IMG/VR virus record: IMGVR_UViG_3300021090_000001
Span: 1 to 64,000 of that record
Length of the DNA stretch: 64,000 nt
Origin: a virus
Strand: one strand, 5' to 3'
Shown: positions 1-6,375 of the stretch, in pieces
How positions within the stretch are numbered: position 1 is the stretch's first letter
Layout of the letters: every line of letters begins with the position of its first letter
Notes under the pieces: generated by a model
Told to the model about the DNA's origin: nothing
The model's input: only the letters and a program-made list of their open reading frames with translations
Database searches by the model: none
Made by a program: the position numbers and the translations under genes

Positions 1-45
1 AAGCGTGCATCCCGACCCAAGATCCCACCCAAAGCGCTGCGCGAT

Positions 46-510
46 GTGTGGGCGAAGGTGCCCGGCATGAAGGACTGCAAGGGGCTCTGCTCGGACTCCT
101 GCGGGCCGATCCCGGTGTCGTCGCTGGAGCGCTCGATCCTGGAAGAACGGACGGGTAAGGAGCTGCGCGCCGATGGTCCCGGCTTCGATTGTGCATTGCT
201 GCGCAATGGACTCTGCACGGCGTACGCGGTGCGGCCGCTGGTCTGCCGCATCTGGGGCGCCGTCGAGGGCCTGCCGTGCGGTCACGGCTGTGAGCCCGAG
301 CGGGTCCTGGCCGCCGAGGAGGCCCTGGCACTATTCAAAGAGGTCGAGGAGATCGCGGGCGACGATGCGGATCGGGCGATGCGCGACATGCTCGCGGTGA
401 TGGCCCCGAGGCAGCGCGCTTCCTGGCGGGCGAATCACAGCCGCGAGATGAAAATAATCGTCGGCCGAATTCTCAACGAGCGTCAGGAGAAAGACGATGC
501 CGATGCCTGA
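46..510 (+). CDS. Cys-rich putative zinc/Fe-S-binding protein (YkgJ/UPF0153-like); possibly 5'-truncated by window edge
   Basis: 154-aa GTG-start ORF with GC3 bias. Motifs CKGLCSDSCGP and GLCTAYAVRPLVCRIWG. The same frame stays open back to nt 1. Confidence 0.5.
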   Translation: MWAKVPGMKDCKGLCSDSCGPIPVSSLERSILEERTGKELRADGPGFDCALLRNGLCTAYAVRPLVCRIWGAVEGLPCGHGCEPERVLAAEEALALFKEVEEIAGDDADRAMRDMLAVMAPRQRASWRANHSREMKIIVGRILNERQEKDDADA

Positions 511-736
511 CGACGATCATTTTCAGCGCATCGAGGTCGAGAATGACGAACTGCTGACCCCCCGCGAAGTTCGCCGCGAGCTGGCCGGGCACATGGACCG
601 GCTGACCTCGGGGGAGATCGAGAAGCTGGTGCTCATCCACCGCAACCAGATGATCGCGGTGATCATCCCCTTCGATCGCTTTCTGAAGCTGGAGCGCTTG
701 GAAAAACTCGCCAAAGACCACGATTACGAGATCTAG
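497..736 (+). CDS. Phd/YefM-like antitoxin-fold small protein (orphan)
   Basis: 79 aa. Segment KLVLIHRNQMIAVIIPFDRFLKLE resembles Phd/YefM antitoxins. Overlaps the upstream ORF by 14 nt. No toxin-like partner is adjacent. Confidence 0.4.
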   Translation: MPMPDDDHFQRIEVENDELLTPREVRRELAGHMDRLTSGEIEKLVLIHRNQMIAVIIPFDRFLKLERLEKLAKDHDYEI

Positions 737-749
737 CCCTAGCAACATC

Positions 750-770
750 TGAACGGGCGTCGTACATTAT
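750..770 (+). promoter_or_regulatory. Promoter-like motif copy 1 (tgaacgggCGTCGTACATTAt)
   Basis: Intergenic. TACATT hexamer at 763-768. The GTG of the 776 ORF starts 8 nt after the hexamer, making it a leaderless candidate. Confidence 0.6.
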
Positions 771-775
771 GGGTC

Positions 776-1453
776 GTGCTGAAGCGGCTCACCAAAAGAC
801 TCAGGGCGGCCGGTGCGCGGGTCGCCCACTACGCGCTCGGCATCGCGATCGCCGAACGTCGGATCAGGCATTTCCGCCGCGAGCTGCACCGGGAGATCCT
901 GGCCGGAGGGCTCGAACTCGAACACGAGGCGAGGCTGCGAGCGAAGCTGAGGTTCTGGCGCGAACGTCGGGCCAAGCTGGAACGACTCCGAGCGGACTGG
1001 CGCGGTATCGAGCGGCGCCGCCGCAAGAAGAGGGAGAAGTGGCTGGCCGAACATCCTCCCGCTCCCGGCGATTGGCCCACCTTCGACGGTCAGCCGGTGC
1101 CGCCCTGGATGGTCGGCCAGGCGCCGAGCAAGACCCGTTCCGGCAAGACGATCGTCAAGAACTGGCTTCAGGCGCTCCGCGACCACGGCTGGGGCGGCCG
1201 GTGCATCTCGGGCATCCGCACCGAGGCCCACTCGATCGAACTGTGCGAGGAAATCTGCGGGGCGCCGTCCTGCTCGGGGACCTGCGCGGGCGCGACCTCC
1301 AACCACAACTGCAAGGGCCAATGCGCCTACCCCGAGGGTGCCGGTGACTTCACCGACCCCGACAGCTTCAACGAGGCGAGTAGGGAGATCGACTGCCCGT
1401 TGATCAACGACCTGCCGCTCGATCCCAACCACCACTCCGTGTCAGGACGTTAA
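776..1453 (+). CDS. Lysis-cassette protein: coiled-coil N-terminus plus Cys-rich C-terminal domain (possible M15-like cell-wall peptidase)
   Basis: 225 aa. Stop lies 2 nt before the GH25 gene. Segment ISGIRTEAHS...TSNHNCKG...GAGDFTD only loosely resembles the SxHxxGxAxD peptidase M15 signature. Confidence 0.55.
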   Translation: MLKRLTKRLRAAGARVAHYALGIAIAERRIRHFRRELHREILAGGLELEHEARLRAKLRFWRERRAKLERLRADWRGIERRRRKKREKWLAEHPPAPGDWPTFDGQPVPPWMVGQAPSKTRSGKTIVKNWLQALRDHGWGGRCISGIRTEAHSIELCEEICGAPSCSGTCAGATSNHNCKGQCAYPEGAGDFTDPDSFNEASREIDCPLINDLPLDPNHHSVSGR

Positions 1454-1455
1454 CC

Positions 1456-2112
1456 ATGAAGACCAGGTTCGGCATCGACATCAGCAGCTTCCAGGGGGAG
1501 CCCGACTTCCACGAGGTCGCCAAGCACATCGGCTTCCTCTTCCACCGATCGTGGATGGGTGACGTTGGCTCGAACGGAGCCCCCGATCCGAAGTTCACCA
1601 GGGAGCGGGTCCACCAGCTCCGGGTCAACGACATCCCGTTCGGTCCCTACTGTTTCGCCCGCAACAGCGGCAACTCAGGCAAGCTCGAAGCTCGCCTGTT
1701 CGTCGCCAATGCTCATGGTGCGGGCTGGGGCAAGAAAGGTGACCTGCCGGGAGTGCTCGACATCGAGACCGGCGAGGGTAGCCGCCCCGGCGTCAAGTTC
1801 GTCCGCGAATTCGCCAAGGAATACCGGCGCCTCACCGGCCACCGGGTGATCGTCTACTCCGGCAGCTTCTGGCGCGACATCCTCGGCAACCCCCTCATCC
1901 TCACCCGTTCGCGGTTCTGGCTGGCGGCCTACACCGCGACCTGGCACGGCTGGGTGCCGCGTGCCTGGAAGAAGCCGCACATCTGGCAGTACACCGACAA
2001 GGCGATCGTCCCTGGCATCTCCACGGGCGGCGTGGACGGCGACCGCTGGATTCGCTCCGAGCGCTCCTTCGCCCGGATGCGGCTTCGTCGTGATCTTGTC
2101 CTCCATGACTGA
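1456..2112 (+). CDS. Endolysin, glycoside hydrolase family 25 muramidase
   Basis: 218 aa. Shows FGIDISSFQGEPDF, LDIETGEG and HIWQYTD...GGVDGDRW, which are typical GH25 motifs. Confidence 0.9.
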   Translation: MKTRFGIDISSFQGEPDFHEVAKHIGFLFHRSWMGDVGSNGAPDPKFTRERVHQLRVNDIPFGPYCFARNSGNSGKLEARLFVANAHGAGWGKKGDLPGVLDIETGEGSRPGVKFVREFAKEYRRLTGHRVIVYSGSFWRDILGNPLILTRSRFWLAAYTATWHGWVPRAWKKPHIWQYTDKAIVPGISTGGVDGDRWIRSERSFARMRLRRDLVLHD

Positions 2113-2124
2113 AATAGGGAGGGG

Positions 2125-2505
2125 GTGAAGAAATTGATCTTCGGACACTCACTCTCCGAAACCAGGAAGACGGTCGTGGCTGGCCTCTACCTGCTGTTTT
2201 CGGTCGTGATGCTCGCGGGTTTCGTGCCCCACGTCGGCTTCCAGGAAGCCGTCCTGGCGGTCGTAGGCCCGGCCTACGGCGTCGTCGGTGTGTTCTTAGC
2301 CAAGAATCATGACCCTGCCGACCTCCAGAAGGCGCTGGAAGCGCTGAAGGCGGCATTAATGACGGCGATCTCGTTCTATGTCGCCGTACCTGAAGCAACG
2401 AACGAGTCGGTCACGCTGCTGATCACAGGCATCGTGATGGCGGTCGGCGTCTACTGGACCAGAAACGCTGGTCAAGGCGCACCCGCAACGCCGCGCGGTC
2501 CTTAA
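2125..2505 (+). CDS. Holin-like membrane protein
   Basis: 126 aa with 3-4 hydrophobic helices, immediately downstream of the endolysin. GTG start preceded by GGGAGGGGG. Confidence 0.65.
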   Translation: MKKLIFGHSLSETRKTVVAGLYLLFSVVMLAGFVPHVGFQEAVLAVVGPAYGVVGVFLAKNHDPADLQKALEALKAALMTAISFYVAVPEATNESVTLLITGIVMAVGVYWTRNAGQGAPATPRGP

Positions 2506-2521
2506 ATCCTTAAACGAACAC

Positions 2522-2542
2522 CGGACGCGCGTCGTACATTAG
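2522..2542 (+). promoter_or_regulatory. Promoter-like motif copy 2 (cGGACGCGCGTCGTACATTAG)
   Basis: Intergenic, 47 nt upstream of the ATG at 2589, which has AGGAGG upstream. Abuts the terminator hairpin. Confidence 0.55.
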
Positions 2543-2569
2543 GGGGTGGTCAACCGGCCACCCCCTTTT
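2542..2569 (+). terminator. Rho-independent terminator after the lysis cassette
   Basis: GGGGGTGG / CCACCCCC stem (2542-2549 with 2558-2565) followed by TTTT at 2566-2569. Confidence 0.7.
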
Positions 2570-2588
2570 CACGTCCCAGGAGGAAGAC

Positions 2589-3011
2589 ATGTCCGACGAG
2601 TTGCAGCAGCACGAGCAGACCGACGAGGAGCTGGCGGCGGAATTGGCCGGACGGCAGTCGGAGATCGACGCCGAAGCAACGGTCGAGACTGAAGGGACCT
2701 CCGGCGACGACACGCCCGAGCCCGAGCCGCCCCAGACGCTGCGCTCGGCCTTTCCGACCGGCCCGGCGCCAACCAACACCCACCAGCCTCCGGCCGACGT
2801 GCCGCCGATCGATGGGCTTGTTCCGACCTCCTCGGCGTCTCGGATCAGCGCCCCGCTGGGCAAGCGCGCCCGCCGGATGCAGGCCCGAGCCGAACGCAGC
2901 GCCCGGCTCAAGGCGGTTCGCGAGGAGCATCAGGCCGAGTCGATCGACACCGGCCTGCCGCTGCTGTACGAGATCGAGCGCAAGGTCCAGCCCCCGGACG
3001 GCGAGGGCTAA
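2589..3011 (+). CDS. Hypothetical acidic/Pro-rich protein
   Basis: 140 aa, ATG with an AGGAGG Shine-Dalgarno, GC3-biased frame. Confidence 0.55.
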   Translation: MSDELQQHEQTDEELAAELAGRQSEIDAEATVETEGTSGDDTPEPEPPQTLRSAFPTGPAPTNTHQPPADVPPIDGLVPTSSASRISAPLGKRARRMQARAERSARLKAVREEHQAESIDTGLPLLYEIERKVQPPDGEG

Positions 3012-3055
3012 GTCAGAACGAGCGTCCGCAGACCGCCTGTACGATCGGCCTACAC

Positions 3056-3280
3056 ATGGCGGCCTGCGGAAAATGCCACCGGGAGATCATCTGGGCCACC
3101 GGCCCGGATGGCGAAGTCCTGAAGCTGGAGGTGGCGGCCAGCTACGACGGCCCCGGCCGCTTCACCCTGCACTTCCCCGCGGGCGGCGGGCGCCCCAACG
3201 CGATCCCGCTCCTGCGTCCCGGCTACTTCGCGGGCTACCGCCCACACGACGCCGTCTGCGGCCAGGCGGTCCCAGTGTGA
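3056..3280 (+). CDS. Hypothetical small protein with CxxC motif
   Basis: 74 aa. CGKC near the N-terminus plus a distal Cys. GC3-biased. Confidence 0.5.
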   Translation: MAACGKCHREIIWATGPDGEVLKLEVAASYDGPGRFTLHFPAGGGRPNAIPLLRPGYFAGYRPHDAVCGQAVPV

Positions 3281-3579
3281 GCCAGACGGCGCGCGAGCAA
3301 GTCCGGCGCCGTCTCAGCTCGTTGGGAAAGCGCCGCAAAAAGCGGGACGCGGAGGGCGAGACGTTGGCCGACGACATCAAGGAGGCGCTGGCGGCGGCTA
3401 GGCTCGCGGGCATCCCGATGGAGGAGGCGGCAAACCGCCTCGGCCTCAACCGCACGACGCTCTACCAGGTCTACCTTGACGATGAGAACCCCGGAGGAAA
3501 CGGCGCTGGCCGACGAGCTGGCGCAGCGCCAGCGGCGCCTCGCAAACGAAGCGGCACCGCCCCAGCTGCCACCGGCTGA
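3277..3579 (+). CDS. Helix-turn-helix DNA-binding protein
   Basis: GTG at 3277 overlaps the upstream TGA. IPMEEAANRLGLNRTTLYQVY is HTH-like. The low-complexity tail overlaps the next ORF by about 100 nt. Confidence 0.45.
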   Translation: MSQTAREQVRRRLSSLGKRRKKRDAEGETLADDIKEALAAARLAGIPMEEAANRLGLNRTTLYQVYLDDENPGGNGAGRRAGAAPAAPRKRSGTAPAATG

Positions 3580-3967
3580 CGACCTCGGCTGGGGCCGCGG
3601 CGCCTTCAGCGCCCGCCTACGGCTCCTGGCCGACTGGCCGCCCGAGTACATGTCGATGCCCGGCAAGAGGCCGCCGAGGCGCTTCAACGCCCTGACGTGG
3701 CTCCAGGCGCTATGGCCTAGCTTCCCCCAGCAGTTCACCGAGGTCGTCCCCGACGAGTTCTGGTCCTGGGCCGAGTGGGACGGCGTTACCCAGGAGGACC
3801 GGGTCGCCGTGGTCGCCTGTGTGTGCGGCGCCGAGCCCGAGGTCGAGCAGAACCGGACGGCGATCTGCGAGGGCCGCTGCGGGCGGGTCTTCATGCTCAT
3901 CGGCGATGTGATCCGCGTCGCCGAATTCGAGCCCGGCGAGCTGTCCCCCTCCTCGTTGCAGGCGTAA
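3476..3967 (+). CDS. Hypothetical protein (C-terminal Cys cluster)
   Basis: 163 aa, TTG at 3476 or ATG at 3482. VVACVCGAEP...CEGRCG. GC3-biased. Confidence 0.55.
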   Translation: MTMRTPEETALADELAQRQRRLANEAAPPQLPPADDLGWGRGAFSARLRLLADWPPEYMSMPGKRPPRRFNALTWLQALWPSFPQQFTEVVPDEFWSWAEWDGVTQEDRVAVVACVCGAEPEVEQNRTAICEGRCGRVFMLIGDVIRVAEFEPGELSPSSLQA

Positions 3968-3970
3968 AAG

Positions 3971-3991
3971 CCAACCGGCGTCGTACATTAG
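3971..3991 (+). promoter_or_regulatory. Promoter-like motif copy 3 (ccaaccggCGTCGTACATTAG)
   Basis: Intergenic, 38 nt upstream of the ATG at 4029. Confidence 0.55.
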
Positions 3992-4028
3992 AAGCATGCG
4001 CTCCCGCCTCGACGCAGTCGATTAACCA

Positions 4029-4367
4029 ATGGCTGCTACAAACGAGCGGGAGATCGGCGAACAGATTGGCGAACTCCGCAGCGACGTGCGCGGTGTCGCC
4101 GGTGATGTGAAGGAACTCCAGCGGACCAATGCAGAGGAACATGGCAAAAATTCTGCCCGGCTGGAGCGGATGGAGGGCAACCTCCGCGCTGCGCTGGAGA
4201 CGAAGGCCGATATCGACTGGGTCCGCGAACACGAGGGTCGCCTGCGTATTGTCGAAGGCAAGTGGTTGGAAGGCAAGGGCGCGGTTCGCCTGATCCAGAT
4301 CGCCAAGGGGATCCTGCTCGCTCTGGTGCCCTTCGCCGTCCTCCTCCTCGCCAAGGCACTCGGATGA
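4029..4367 (+). CDS. Coiled-coil protein with C-terminal transmembrane anchor
   Basis: 112 aa. The C-terminus GILLALVPFAVLLLAKALG is hydrophobic. Confidence 0.6.
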   Translation: MAATNEREIGEQIGELRSDVRGVAGDVKELQRTNAEEHGKNSARLERMEGNLRAALETKADIDWVREHEGRLRIVEGKWLEGKGAVRLIQIAKGILLALVPFAVLLLAKALG

Positions 4368-4376
4368 GAGATCACC

Positions 4377-4802
4377 TTGAATCGGAGCCCGGACGAGAGT
4401 AGCCTCCCGTCCTTGGCTGGCAACGAATTAAGGGAAGAAAAATTGAGCGTCCGCGCGAACTGGTTTGCGGGCGTCACTGGGGAGTCCGACCGACACGACG
4501 ACGATCCTTTTGCCGAGATGACCAGCGCGAGCAGCAGGAAACAACTAACCAGCGAGTCCAGTCGCGAGGAGTTCGACGCGGCCTGGAAACGAATGCTGCA
4601 ATGGGGCAACCGACTAGAGGCGATCGGCGTGGTTTGCCCGCTTCGCTTCACGGGCGAGTGCCACTGTTCCTCCTGCCCGATCTCTCAGGCCAACGACCCT
4701 GACGGCGAGATGTCCTCGCTGTGCAAGCAGGGCATCGAGGAAGAGAAGCTGACCATGTTGGAGAGGGTCAAACAGCTCGATCTAGTTCCCAGTGGCGTCT
4801 GA
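4377..4802 (+). CDS. Hypothetical protein (start uncertain)
   Basis: 141-aa TTG-start ORF in a lower-GC stretch. The C-terminal half has CPLRFTGECHCSSCP. The real start may be an internal ATG. Confidence 0.35.
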   Translation: MNRSPDESSLPSLAGNELREEKLSVRANWFAGVTGESDRHDDDPFAEMTSASSRKQLTSESSREEFDAAWKRMLQWGNRLEAIGVVCPLRFTGECHCSSCPISQANDPDGEMSSLCKQGIEEEKLTMLERVKQLDLVPSGV

Positions 4803-5265
4803 CGGTAGCAAGGGTCCGAAGCCCTACAACCAGCACCAGGCAAGCACCATCTTCTTGAGGGTGCCGATCCAGGATTGGAATGAGGTCAAGCTCGGCTACA
4901 AAACCGAGTTCAAAGGCCAGCCCGGCATGGTGTCGGGGCTGGCCTTTGTCGAACCCCCAACGCCCGTTGTTGCATACTCCTACAGCCGGACCCACGGCTA
5001 TGATCGTGCTCTGATGGTCCTCGAAGACCGATATCAGGTCGAGCTGCTGGGGGCGACGCCGGAGGCGCTGGCGCGCGAAGGGCACCAGAACGTCGCTCAC
5101 TATCGCCGCTACATGGTGCGCCGCGAAGGCAAGCGCTTCAACCCGCTCCTGATGGTCACCGCCTACATGCTGCGGCCGTGGCGCGCCGAGGATCGAGCCC
5201 CCCTAGCCGATCGACTTCTGGAGCATCTGTATGGCGACTTCCTCCCTGAGCCAGCGCGGAGCTGA
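4792..5265 (+). CDS. Hypothetical protein, possibly ASCH-like fold
   Basis: 157 aa. IFLRVPIQDWNEVKLGYKTEFKG resembles the ASCH N-terminal motif. Weak call. Confidence 0.45.
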   Translation: MASDGSKGPKPYNQHQASTIFLRVPIQDWNEVKLGYKTEFKGQPGMVSGLAFVEPPTPVVAYSYSRTHGYDRALMVLEDRYQVELLGATPEALAREGHQNVAHYRRYMVRREGKRFNPLLMVTAYMLRPWRAEDRAPLADRLLEHLYGDFLPEPARS

Positions 5266-5698
5266 ACGCGAGGAGCGTCGTCGCTTCGCCGAGGCGGCCT
5301 GGCGCCAGCGCGCCTGCGCGGCCACCTTCGACGCGCGCGATTGGGTCGCCACCGGCAAGAACTGGGAGGCCCACCACGTTGTCGAGAAACGCTGGTTGCG
5401 CGGCCACAGGCTGCCGCTTTGGAACGAGCGCAACGCCCTACGACTCCGGCCCGACGTGCACCGCAAGCACACCAACCGCAGCGAGATCATCGAGCTTCGC
5501 CTCCTCACCGACGACAACATCGCCTATGCCTTCGAGATCATGGGACCAGCGGCCGAGGAGTATCTGGAGCGGATCTACAGAGGCCCGGACGATAGAGTCC
5601 AACGTGCATCGAAAGTTGCTGTGAAGCAGATGGAAGACGAGATCGCGGCGCTGCCCTCCGGCACCCTATGGCTGCCGCCCCACATGAGGAACGACTGA
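5231..5698 (+). CDS. HNH endonuclease
   Basis: 155 aa. WEAHHVVEKRWL ... NALRLRPDVHRKH is HNH-like. Sits directly upstream of the terminase genes. Confidence 0.8.
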   Translation: MATSSLSQRGAEREERRRFAEAAWRQRACAATFDARDWVATGKNWEAHHVVEKRWLRGHRLPLWNERNALRLRPDVHRKHTNRSEIIELRLLTDDNIAYAFEIMGPAAEEYLERIYRGPDDRVQRASKVAVKQMEDEIAALPSGTLWLPPHMRND

Positions 5699-6375
5699 TG
5701 GCTGAAGGCGAAGCGGCACCGGGACCGACGCAATCTTTTGAAGTGGACCTGCCGGTCGGCGGCGGCAAACTGCATCTCCTTTCGGCCGAGGAGGTCACCA
5801 TGTGGGAGACGGCGGCTACCAACTACCGCTCCGACTATGGGCTGACCAAAACGAACGACCTGGTCCTGCTCGGTGCCCTCCTCACCCAGCAGCTTGCGAT
5901 GTTCCGAGCCCAGCAGCGGATCAACGGGATGGAGCCCGTCCTCGACTCAGAAGGAGTACCGACCGGCAAGTACAGAGTCGTCACCCTGAAAGCGACTGAG
6001 CTGGCCGCCGCGAGCGAGACGGTTCGCAAGGCAGGCAAAGAGATCAGGGAGATCGAGCAGGCCCTGGGGATTGACAAAAAGAACCGCGAGGCCGGTGGGA
6101 CTCAGACCGTTCAGCAGTACGTGACGACCCTGAAGCGGGCGGGGAACGAGTACGGCGTCCATATCTCCAAACGCACGTTGGCATATGAGAGGTTCTGCAT
6201 GGCGCTTCGCACCAAACTCCGCATCCTCCAGAACGCCGACGAGGAGGACAAAGCCTACGAGGGTGTGTCCGGGGAAGCGATCTTGAACTGGTCCCGCGAC
6301 GGGCTGGCGAAGCTGGAAGAAGTGGACAAGGAATTCGCCAAGGAGAAGGGCCGCTTAGTTGTCGGCAAGCTCTAA
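5698..6375 (+). CDS. terS: Putative terminase small subunit
   Basis: ATG at 5698 overlaps the HNH TGA (TGATG); the ORF track begins at 5668. Called by position between HNH and TerL and by its size of about 225 aa. Confidence 0.5.
   Translation: MAEGEAAPGPTQSFEVDLPVGGGKLHLLSAEEVTMWETAATNYRSDYGLTKTNDLVLLGALLTQQLAMFRAQQRINGMEPVLDSEGVPTGKYRVVTLKATELAAASETVRKAGKEIREIEQALGIDKKNREAGGTQTVQQYVTTLKRAGNEYGVHISKRTLAYERFCMALRTKLRILQNADEEDKAYEGVSGEAILNWSRDGLAKLEEVDKEFAKEKGRLVVGKL

Noticed and set aside
769-1347. ATG-start ORF beginning inside motif copy 1.
   Set aside because: The translation is Arg/Pro-rich nonsense. The GTG-start frame 776..1453 gives a protein-like sequence and ends 2 nt before the endolysin gene.
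2812-3579. 255-aa ORF treated as a single gene.
   Set aside because: Only its 3' third (from the GTG at 3277) looks protein-like, with the HTH. The 5' part overlaps two better ORFs (2589..3011 and 3056..3280) in other frames.
5231-6375. cos site between the HNH endonuclease and terS, as in HK97-like phages.
   Set aside because: The HNH stop and the terS start overlap (TGATG), which leaves no intergenic space. Genome ends cannot be inferred here.
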